From: Verrucomicrobiota bacterium
Lineage (GTDB): Bacteria; Verrucomicrobiota; Verrucomicrobiia; Limisphaerales; UBA8199
NCBI GenBank assembly: GCA_049518415.1
Contig: JBEKRX010000031.1
Coordinates: 2,359-66,358 of the forward strand
Length of the DNA: 64,000 nt
Direction: 5' to 3'
The translations under genes and the position numbers were made by a program. The notes below the pieces were generated by a model. The model had not been told where the DNA came from. It made no database searches and worked only from the letters and a program-made list of their open reading frames with translations. Positions 1 through 10,000 of this stretch are shown one piece after another; within the stretch, counting starts at the first letter, position 1; the number at the start of each line of letters is the position of its first letter.

Positions 1-1182
1 GCCGGAGGCGCGCACGGCGTTGGGCAGCAATTCGTTGATGCAGACCCAGACGACAGCGCCCTGCGAGTAAGCGTGCGAACCCACGATGCCCATCATGGCC
101 GCAAGGACAATCCAGCCGTGGGCGTGGGTCTGAAACACCCAGGCCGCCAGCCCATGAGAAATCATGAAGGTGATGGAACCGGCCAGCAGCAGGGCCTTGC
201 GGCCCACGCGATCGATGAGCGCCATCGCCACCAGCGTCATGACCAAATTAGTCGCCCCGACCACCACCGACAACATCAGGGCGCTGTTCTTGCCCGAGCC
301 GGTCATGCGGAAAATGTCGGCCGTGTAGTAAGTCACGGCGTTGATGCCATCGAGTTGGTTGAAGGCGGCGATCATGCAGGCGAGCAGCAGCGGCTTGAGG
401 TACTTGCGCTGGAAGAGCCGTTGATGAGGGCCGGCCATCTCCTCCCGCAGCGAGACCTCGATTTCCCCCAACTCGGCTGCCGGCTGGGAATGGCCTAATC
501 GGACCAGCACGGCCTTGGCTTCAATAGACCGCCCCTTCTTAACGAGCCAGCGCGGGCTTTCCGGAATCACGGCCCCCGCCAGCAGAAAGAGCACCGAGGG
601 AAGCATCATGACGCCGAACATCCACCGCCAGATAGCGGGATTGTCAGCGCCCACCAACTGGGCCACGAGGTAGTTGGAAAAATAGGACAGCAGAACACCG
701 ATGACGATATTCAACTGGCTGACCGCAACCAGCACCCCGCGCCGATGTGCGGGGGCGATCTCGGTGATATAAACCGGACAGACGACCGACGCCGCCCCAA
801 CCGCCACGCCCCCCAGCCAGCGGAAGACCAGCAAGGCGTACCAGTCCCACGCGCCGGCACAGCCGACCGAGGACACCAGAAACAACCCCGCCAGCAACGC
901 CAGCATGCGGCGGCGCCCCCACCAGTCCGCCGGGCGCCCCGCCAGGAGCGCGCCGGCCATCGTGCCAAACAGCGCGCTGGACACAGTGAATCCGAGCGTG
1001 TTGTCGTTGAGCTGGAAGGCCGTCCGCAACGACGCCGTGGTGCCGGAAATGACCGCGGTGTCGAATCCGAACAGGAATGAGCCCAACGAAGCCAGGAGGG
1101 CGCTCGTGAGCAACCTGCCGCTGCCAGTCCCGGTTTGGGGATTTGGGAGTTCGTTCTCGCGGTGGAGCGTGCTGGTCGCCAT
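1..1182 (-). CDS. MFS sugar-porter family transporter; 3' end cut by window edge
   Basis: Not in the ORF track because there is no stop in the window. Reverse-complement reading from ATG at 1182-1180 gives MATSTLHRENELPNPQ... open to base 1 (394 codons). Sugar-porter hallmarks: DWWGRRR (loop 2-3), PESPRWL, FNQLDGINAVTYY, IDRVGRK. Confidence 0.8.
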   Translation of the reverse strand, partial: MATSTLHRENELPNPQTGTGSGRLLTSALLASLGSFLFGFDTAVISGTTASLRTAFQLNDNTLGFTVSSALFGTMAGALLAGRPADWWGRRRMLALLAGLFLVSSVGCAGAWDWYALLVFRWLGGVAVGAASVVCPVYITEIAPAHRRGVLVAVSQLNIVIGVLLSYFSNYLVAQLVGADNPAIWRWMFGVMMLPSVLFLLAGAVIPESPRWLVKKGRSIEAKAVLVRLGHSQPAAELGEIEVSLREEMAGPHQRLFQRKYLKPLLLACMIAAFNQLDGINAVTYYTADIFRMTGSGKNSALMLSVVVGATNLVMTLVAMALIDRVGRKALLLAGSITFMISHGLAAWVFQTHAHGWIVLAAMMGIVGSHAYSQGAVVWVCINELLPNAVRASG

Positions 1183-1379
1183 GCCTGGAGCGACCTTAGC
1201 TGACCCCGGCCAGCAAAGGCAAGCTGGATGTGCGGGGGTTGCGGGGGGAGTTTTGACGGTGTAGGAAGCGCACTACAATAATCGGGCAAAAAGCGCCAAG
1301 AATTCTTCAAACCGGCTTTTATCTCGTCCACCCGAATTGCCGGCCAGGTTGACAACAAACTTGAAAACCCGCGACACGC

Positions 1380-3764
1380 TCAACGGCGAGGCGCTGCCGG
1401 ACCGGCTCGCGCGGCAAGGTATCCCCACACATACGCGTGGCCGGCCATCGGTTTGTGGATCGTATATTCGCAGACCATGGGGTCCCAGAAGACATCCCAG
1501 AACGCTTCGAGAGCTGGCCATTGTTTGTACGGCGGACAGAAGACCCCGCCCGCAAACTGCCCGATGAACGGGTCCTGCAGGTCTTTGATGGTGTTGTCCA
1601 TCGGCCCTCCCACCGTGAAGCCGGGTGGAGGCAGTTGGTGCGTGATGCGATGGTCGATCTGGAGCGGGTGTTTCGGGGAGTTCTGTCCCAGCCCGGTCGT
1701 GTAACATACGTTCACCGGATTCGCTCCCGCGCCCGTCTGAGCGGCCAGCACCAGCCCATGCAAATACTTCGGTGCGGCCGAAAGGGCGTGCGCCCGCGCC
1801 ACAGATACGCAGCTCTCGGGGCTGCTCAAAGCTCCGTAGATCACTGGCGCGTAAGGATGCTTGGCCCAGCGGAAGCCGGTCCGCTGGATGCTGGCAAGCC
1901 GCGCGTCTGCCTCTTTCAGCAACACGTCCCGGCAGTTCCGTTTTACTTTTTCATCAACCCCGGGCCGATCCGCGCGCGCATAAACCCAGGCGCAATCGCC
2001 CTGGTCCAGGCTGTCCCAAGTATATTCCACCGCGCCGGGAGAGTTTTTGTAGGGAGTGGTCGCGAGAAAGAGCTGGTTCCATTTCAAGTCGCCGGTCAGG
2101 CAGAACAGCTCGGCCGAGGCGAAGTTCCGAACGTCACGCACGGCCGGGTGCTTGGCCATCAAATATTCCCGCTCTTCGCGCTCGCGGTCGCGCTCGGCCC
2201 AGTTCATAGCGCGCAAAGCGCTTTCACGGTAAGCCGCCGACCGTTCCGGCAAGCGCGCCGCCAGCCATCGCGCGGCGCGGGCCGCCACGCCGGCGTACAT
2301 GTAACTCGCCAAAACGTCCGGCGCGTAGGCCATCACCGTCAGGGATTCCTGGAAGCTGGCCTCGCCCCGGCGGGGGTGTTCGGAGGACTCGATGCCGCCC
2401 CGGACGCCGCCCTCAGGCAACTGCAGTCGCCTGAAAAAATCGATACCCCAGAGCGCTTCATTCACGATGTCCGGCAGGCCGTTGCCGGACTCCGGGAGAT
2501 TCAGAGAGAGCGAACCAAAATAGTCGGGGAACAGCTCGGCCAACTCGAGGAGCAGCAGGCTGGCTTTGAGATGCTGCACCCGCCGATCCCAATCTCCGGC
2601 GTCCATGTAGCCGCCCCAGGCATTGGTGACGAGGTCGTCCGTCCTGCCCTTGACGAGGTTCCCGAAGTTCGAATCGTTCTTGTTGAGGCCATTGCCGGTG
2701 TCCATCAGCGGGGCCCTTGAGGCATACACCTTGAGCCCGTCGTCCGGATGAAACGGGCGCTGGCGTTTATAGGCAGTATAGGGCTCGCCAAGCGTAATGC
2801 CGCTCCGCTGATGATAAAACCCTCGGGCCCCGATCAAGAACGCCCGTCGCCAGACATCGTCCGCGACTTCAAAAGGGTATGAACAACCGATGGCTTTGAC
2901 GCACACACGGTACTTTCCGGGTCGATCCAAACCGGTGAAGTCCATCTGATAGACATCCGTGCCATTGTAATTCTTGTTGTATGCGTCCTCGGTTTTATCC
3001 GCGGCGGCCTTCGACAGCACGGTGGTCCCGGTGAACACCGCGCGGCCGGTGGAGTCGTCGATGATTTCGAAGGGCAAGCCGGCCGGGTAGTGCAGGCCGC
3101 CGCCGTTGCCCATCCAACAGGACAAAAAAGCGAGTTTCGCGGGATCATCGGGGCGGAAGCCGACCTGAGTCACATGGACGGCTTCGCTCCGAAGGCGAGC
3201 TGTATCCAGGACGAACTTCTGGGCCGGCAGGTCCGGACTGCTGAAGATCACGGCATAATCCGCGCGCGCCTCCAGCGGCACGGGTAATTTGAGATACACG
3301 ACATTCTCGGTGGGCGCCTCGAATTGGTAAGGGCCGACCATCCCCAGATCGGAGGGTTTGCTTTTGCGGTGGACGGACTTGGGCATCTGCGGCGACTGAT
3401 AATGCGGATCATGCTCCGATTTTATGCTGTAGCTCGCCGGATCATCCGCCCAGCCAGTGTCGAGTTTCTGCCCGACGACCTCATCCATAGTGCAGAGCAT
3501 GTCGCCGGTTTTCCCGACCAGGGTGCCGATGGTTTTCCCATCTCGTCTTACGAACCGGTGGATATCGGCATCAGCTACCGCATCTCCCTTTTGTTTGACA
3601 TAGGGAATCTGCCGTCCATATTCGACGTGGCGCGCGGATAGGGTGATGCCGATCACATCCGGAGCAACCAGACCCACATGATCGACTCGCACGCGCTCAG
3701 TCGCTGAATTGTCGGCAAGGGCGGCGCTGCCAGCAGCGACCGCAAGAAAAACAGCAAGACGCAT
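1380..3764 (-). CDS. Glycoside hydrolase family 9-like secreted protein
   Basis: ORF 1380..3803 starts at a TTG. The ATG at 3764 gives the signal peptide MRLAVFLAVAAGSAALA. GGYMDAGDWDRR matches the GH9 catalytic-core motif (GGWYDAGD type). There is an N-terminal Ig-like region. Confidence 0.75.
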   Translation of the reverse strand: MRLAVFLAVAAGSAALADNSATERVRVDHVGLVAPDVIGITLSARHVEYGRQIPYVKQKGDAVADADIHRFVRRDGKTIGTLVGKTGDMLCTMDEVVGQKLDTGWADDPASYSIKSEHDPHYQSPQMPKSVHRKSKPSDLGMVGPYQFEAPTENVVYLKLPVPLEARADYAVIFSSPDLPAQKFVLDTARLRSEAVHVTQVGFRPDDPAKLAFLSCWMGNGGGLHYPAGLPFEIIDDSTGRAVFTGTTVLSKAAADKTEDAYNKNYNGTDVYQMDFTGLDRPGKYRVCVKAIGCSYPFEVADDVWRRAFLIGARGFYHQRSGITLGEPYTAYKRQRPFHPDDGLKVYASRAPLMDTGNGLNKNDSNFGNLVKGRTDDLVTNAWGGYMDAGDWDRRVQHLKASLLLLELAELFPDYFGSLSLNLPESGNGLPDIVNEALWGIDFFRRLQLPEGGVRGGIESSEHPRRGEASFQESLTVMAYAPDVLASYMYAGVAARAARWLAARLPERSAAYRESALRAMNWAERDREREEREYLMAKHPAVRDVRNFASAELFCLTGDLKWNQLFLATTPYKNSPGAVEYTWDSLDQGDCAWVYARADRPGVDEKVKRNCRDVLLKEADARLASIQRTGFRWAKHPYAPVIYGALSSPESCVSVARAHALSAAPKYLHGLVLAAQTGAGANPVNVCYTTGLGQNSPKHPLQIDHRITHQLPPPGFTVGGPMDNTIKDLQDPFIGQFAGGVFCPPYKQWPALEAFWDVFWDPMVCEYTIHKPMAGHAYVWGYLAARAGPAAPRR

Positions 3765-3823
3765 AAGAATCCGCAGGATGCCACTGGACCTCCTCGACCA
3801 CAAACAGAATTCATTCGGGAGGT

Positions 3824-3863
3824 CCGATTCCGACCCCCATGTGAAATTTCACCTGGGGGGTCG
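3824..3863. repeat. Palindromic element copy 1 (ccgattccgacccccatgtgaaatttcac...); hairpin cgaccccc/gggggtcg around GTGAAATTTCAC
   Basis: 29/30-nt identity with 58980-59009. Lies 60-100 nt upstream of the GH9 start on the minus strand. Confidence 0.75.
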
Positions 3864-4091
3864 TTATGTTGACTTCTCACTTATGTGCCCCAGGCGCAGA
3901 GGTCATCGGCGCCTTTTCAGTTCTTAATAATCCCAGGTGTAATTTGAGGAAGGACGGCCGAGCCTAGGAATGACGGCGGTTTTCAGAACCGCGCTGAGTA
4001 CGGCCCGACTCCAGCAGGCCCGCCGCGCTAACGAGAGTATCGGCCAGCAACTTCACATAACTACAGGGGGCTAAAGCTGGTGATTAATCCC

Positions 4092-7000
4092 TTACTGCTG
4101 CCGCACCCGATAGTAGGCGCCGCTTACCGGCGGGTTCGACTCCAGGTATTCCACGATTCCATGAGGCGGGATGGTGGTCTCAACCAGCGTATTCCAATGC
4201 GCCAGGTCAGCAGACCGCTGCAACTCACACAACCGCGCCGGGGCGCCGCAATACCGAAGGCGATAACCGGTCGTGAGGGGAACGATGCTCAACTGGTTGG
4301 TTGCCGGGAGCGTGCCGCTGTAAACGAGAACCTCCACACGCCCCTCCGCCGACAGCCCGCCACTGGCCGCCACGGTGTACGTGAACCAGTCACTGCCAAG
4401 GAAATCCGGAGCCGGCCGATAGTTCACCTGGCCGGCGCTCCAGGTGACCGTGGCCCCGAAGTGGCTGGAAGCGCTGACCGCCGTCAAAACCAAAGGCTGC
4501 CCTCCCGGGTCAATGTCATTCGCCAGCAGCGTCGAGTCAGGCACAGACGCCTGCTGACCCTGCAGCACGAGCAGTCCGTCGGCTCCCGGAACGGGCGGCC
4601 CATTCGTAAGCGAAAGCGTCGCGGAAGCGCTCATGACCCAACCAACGGCGTTCGTGATGAGCACCTGGTAAGCACCCACATCCGCGGCGTTCGCATTAGT
4701 GACGACGAGCATGGGCGCCGTCGCATCCTGGATTGGCGCATCATTCAAACGCCACTGGTAGCTCAGCGGGGATGTCCCTCCGGCATCGACGGAGAACACC
4801 GCGGTTCCCCCGGCCTGGATTTTCTGGCTCGCGGGCTGCCCCAGGATCGCCGGCGCCAGAAGCGTCCGCGTCCCGGCAAATGACAGGTCGAAGCTCACAT
4901 CCGGGCTGTCCCTGGACGCCTGGTGGACTTCAACCGCGAGCACATTGGTTCCGTCTCGCATCAGCGATGAGTCCACAGCTTTCTGAAAGTACGTCGTCTC
5001 TTCGGCGCCGGCGACGGCGTTCAGGGCGAGCTGCAAATAGTCGATCGGCCTGTCGGGCATGTTGCTCCGGAATACCTCTTTGCCGTTCAGATACACGATG
5101 GCGCCATCGTCCCGAAGAAGGCTCAGGCTTAAACCTTGCAGACTGGCGGCCTGCGCAACGGTGAAGGCCTGCCGGAAATAATACGTAACCCATTTCTTGC
5201 TCGCATCCGGGCCATAGCTGATTTCGGTTGCCTCCGGCCGACCCTTGGCCGCGTCACCATAGCCCAACTCGGCCTTGCCGCTCTTCCAGGTGCTATCGTC
5301 GAAACCAGGCGCGACCCAGTTCGTTCCCTGGTTTGACCCGTCGTCCAGGTACTTCCAGGTCGACCCTGTGGGCACCAGGGTTGTCGGCGCATTGCTGCCC
5401 GTAGTGAAGCCGGCCCTAACCACAGCGGAGGTGCTGGCGCTGCCCAATGTGTCCACGGCTACCGCCGTCAACGCGTAGGTCGCAGCTACGGCAGAGGACA
5501 AGGTCATCGCGTACGGCGGCGCAAACAGTTGGGCGAAAAGCAGGTCGCCCGCATAAAACTCCACCCGGTCAATACCACCGTCCGCAGACGTGGCATTGGC
5601 CGTTACCGGGAGACCCGACCCGGCCAGGACAACCGTCCCGTCCGCCGGTTGCGTCAAGCTCACCATCGGCGGAGGCGACACCACCGCAATCCCCACCGCG
5701 GCGGATTCTGTCGCTCCCAGGCAGTCGTCCACGGCAACCGCCGTGAGGCTGTGGCTGCGCGGCGCCGGGTTCGTCCAGACGAACGTGTACGGCTCGGCCA
5801 AGACCTCCCCCAGTTTCTGTCCATCGGCGCGAAACTCCACCCGCAGAATAGTGCCATCGCTGTCCGCGGCAGTTGCCGCGATCAAAACATTCGTCGGGAT
5901 CTGGTAGGTCGTGCCGGGGATGGGCGAGGTAAGTTGGACTGTGGGCAGCAGGTTGGGCTGGTTAGGGGCGCCAGCGGTTGGCGTGGAGGCAAACCAATTC
6001 GTAGGCTCATTCGCATAGGCTGAAAGGGTGCGCCGCTGGAGGGAAGAGCCCGCCCCGTCGGCGCTCTCCGGCCAGGGGGCATGGTCAAGGTAATGCACCT
6101 TCTCGACCATCACATAGGGGACGCCGTTGGTTCCCCACGGGTCGGGTTTCTTGAGCTCGATCGTTTCGTCCGCATTGCCCAAGCTCCCCTGCCACGGCCC
6201 GTAAATGGGCGTGCCCGGTGGGACGCCATAAAGCGCGCAGAAGCTGTTGAGGGCGGGGGTGTTCGTGACTGGATCAAAGCCGACCACCAGCAGTCTGCTG
6301 CCGGCAGACATCACGACATTCGTCGGGAAATCAAAGTCGACGGCGTTCCTTAGCCGCCACGTGTTGGTGGGTTCAGCGGGATTGAATAGCGGCGTGCTGA
6401 CCGAAGCCACGTTGGCCAGTTCGATATAGCTTGCGGGAGTATTGGATGGTGTGGTCGGCGCCGGATGATACATGATCTCCGAGAGCACGATTGGGCCGAC
6501 GAGCGGTCCGGCATTGGCCCGGCCCAGCGTCACCGCAACCTGGGCCGGGTAATCGATCTCCCCCGCGCTGTTGGTGTAGCGGCCCAGGCTCACGCCATTG
6601 GCCGTGGCGCCGAAATCGAACCCCTGAACATACCCGGTCAGAGTTGAGGCAGCATCCGCGCTGAACAGCCAGACGTCGTCTCCTTCCGAATTCAGCGCGA
6701 AGCTCGGGAAAACTCCCGGCGTCGAGTTGAATTGTGCCTCGGTAAAATAGATGAAGCTCTGCGGAGGGATAATGGTCGGGTAAGGAATCCGGAACTTCCT
6801 TGCGACGTTGAAGTCGTCGGTCAGGTACCAATTGCCGACGTTGACATTCGTCGCTGCCGGATTGTAGAGCTCGATGGCATCCACCTGGGGCGGGTCGGTA
6901 TGGGCGAGGACCTCGTTGATGACGATGGCCGGGAAGTCAGGCGGGAGAGGATCGCTTTGGCCCGGCTTGCCACCCAGGGCGCCGTTGGGCCGCCAGCTCG

Positions 7001-10000
7001 TTTTTTCGCCCCACAGGGACCAGAGGATGGTATCGTCCACAATCACGAGTGAATAACCATGCCCATCCGTGATCGGGTACCAGCGGTTGTCATAGCTGAA
7101 ATCGAGGATTTTCTCGCCATAAGGGTCCTCGAGCCGGAGGCGTTCGCCGGCGTTGTCCAGTTTCCCCGTGAACTGGCCCGCGACCGGCAAGCCGCTTCCA
7201 TAGCGCAAGGCGAACGCATTCGTGTCGCGAACCAATAGCACACGCGCGCCCGCGGCCAGGTTCGTAATCGCCCCCGCCGCGAAGTCGAACTGCACGCCTT
7301 CGGTGAACCGCACGCCGCGCAAGTCCAGGGGGACGGGGCCGATGTTCCTCAGCTCCAGGAATTCAAACAGTTGCGCGTCGATGTTGGTGTATCCGGGCAG
7401 GGGATCGGGGTTGTAAAAGATTTCCGTAATCCTCAGGAACCGCTGGGCCAGGCTCGGGCTGCCGACATAGCTGTTGCTGTTCACCAGCCGCCCGGTCGGA
7501 TCCGTCAAGACCAGGCTTTCGCCCCACGCGGACAGGTTGCCGTCGTACGGGCCCACCACGAGCCGCTGCTCACCGCCCTTCGGGCTTGCCTGCCGGCTGC
7601 GGAAAGCGTTCACGTCCGGCGAAACAAATATCGCCGACCGCGCCGGGATCACCGTGCCCGGTTTAAACTGAAAGCGCACACCGCCGTCGAGGCGCCAATT
7701 GGAAATGTCCACCGCGTAGCTATTCGGGTTCGTAAGCGAGAGCCATTCCTGCAACGGGTTGCCACTGCTCGGGCGGTACTCGAGACCGTCGATTTGCACC
7801 ACGGCATTCGTCGGCTGGGCCGCGGGGATCTCGCCGCCGTTGGTTACGGACATCGTGCGGAAAAGGAACGTTCGGCGTCCGGGCAGGAACTCGTTCCAAA
7901 TGCGGTTCACAGCCTGCGTGATGGTCTCGCGGGTGCCCCACGTCCCCCATCTGGCCAGGTCGAGCGCGGCGTCGGGGGCGATCTGGTCCCGTAAAGCGAG
8001 GGTCTTCAGGCGGTAGAAATCATTGGTGACCGGCGTGCCGGGCGGCTGGAACAACTCATCCATCAACGTGCGCAAGCGGCGCAGAAACATCTGGCGCGTC
8101 GCGGGTGTGTCGTAGATGGGTGTGAACACGGTGTTGCCGTAGCCAACCGTGATGCCCTGGTTGGTGTAAATGGTTTCGTCGAAATACTCGTAGCACGGTG
8201 TCCCGCAGGTCCAGACCCTGCCAAAACTAAGGTCCACGTCCCAGGGCATCCCCTGCCATTCGCCGGTGCCGTCGCTGTCCCGGTACAGGTAGTAGTTCTT
8301 GAAACAGCAGTCGACGTCCGCGGTGATGATTTTGGCCGCGAGGAAGTCGATGACCTCGGGCACATTGAGATTGTCGAACATGAACGCCTGCCTGGCCGTG
8401 GCGTTCGGCTGGCCCATGCCCGTGATGAGCGCCTGGAGATCGGCAGTCCCCTCGTTTTTCCTGGTTTTCTTCTCCGCACCCGCGACGCTCTCGGCGGAGT
8501 TATACATCTTGTAGAGCGCGCCCTGCGGGTCGAGCCCCAGGCGTTGCAGAAAATCGTCATTGCCGCTTTCCACCACGTTGGCCACGCTGAAAAAGGAGCG
8601 GTTCTGTTGCACGCGCACCGGGAAGGCAAAATGGCTCGGCGCTCCACCATCGCGATACGTTTCATGCGCCAGCACATTGCGCATCTCCGTCTTGTCGGCC
8701 CAGGTGGTCAGCAGGTTCAGATCCCCTACCCGCGGCGCATCGTCCGACCAGCGGAACTTGTAGCCCGGGTTAAAAACGAGATCGTAGCTCTGCTTCGGAA
8801 AGCTGCGCGTCGACTCCCCATGGAGATTAACCCCGATGTTATCGTAGAACTCGCCGTTGAAGAAAAGCGAGCATCGCGCGGTAACGTCGGAGTTCGCGGC
8901 GCTGGGGTTCTGGATGAACCAGTGCAGCACCGGCAGGCGGGAGTTGGTCAGCACGGGATCGAAGACGACCGTTCCGAAGTATTGCGGGCTCCGCGAGGGG
9001 TTTGGAAAGGCCGGGGCCCGTGTCTCCTGGCTGTTCATGTCCGCCGCCACGATGCAATAGCGGACCATCTGCCCGGGGTGTGACGCGCTGGCGGGGATCC
9101 GGGCGCCATACACGGAGTCGCCCGCAGCGCCGTCTCCGTGGTTGCCATCGTCATACATCGGCGTCGTCGACTCGGCCACGTACATGGTGCGATACTTGAG
9201 GGTCACGGATTTGACCGGGCGCAGGCTCGGGGTGACGCGCGCCTGCACCACCAGGTCGTCGTTGTCCCCCGGCACCAACGGGGTGTGGGCGACATCGCTG
9301 ATAATCGGGCCGATGGTCAGCGAACCGGCCCCGTTTGGGGCGCCTGGAGTCGGCACCGTGAAATAAGCGTGCTGCCCTGGGTCCATCCCTGGTTTTGTGC
9401 CAATCAGCTCCGGCAGGACCAGGAAATCCCGGTCCGAGGGACTGGCGTTCAGTCCGTGGATCGCGAGCACATTGGTGCCCGCCACCAGCAAGTCGCGGTT
9501 CCCCGAAAGGTCGATTTCTTCCGCGACGCTGGTCTCCGGCGGGGAGCGTGAAGCTGTGGCCGTGGAATTCCAAACCGCGCCCTCGGAGGGGGGCTGGTCG
9601 ATAGCCGCGGAGAACGTGCAGCCGTCGCACGAATCATCGAGGCTGCCGTCCGTTCCTTTCGGATCGAGCGCAAAATCAAGGTAGTCGCCCGCCTGGATAT
9701 TCATGAGCACGAGATTGGTTTGGAGCCCCGCGGCATCGTTGTAGGCGAGCGTCCAACTGAAGCGCTCGACACCGTTCTGCAAGACGCGCAACGTGGCGCC
9801 GCTCCCGCAGGCGACGTTCTCCTTTGCGAAAGCGATTCGGCAGGTCACCTGGCCCGAGGTCTTGCTGATCCAGCGCCGGATAGGCCAGTGCACGCCACCG
9901 CTGTTAGTGCCGTTCGGCCGCCATCCGCCCAGAGAAATCATGGTCCAGGGCGGGTCGCCCGGCCGGAGCACCCACGCCCCGCCATTCCAGGTCCACTGCG

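Noticed and set aside
1437-4883. Plus-strand ORFs 1437-2720 (427 aa) and 4080-4883 (267 aa)
   Set aside because: They are antisense to the GH9 and CotH genes respectively. Their composition is typical of shadow frames.
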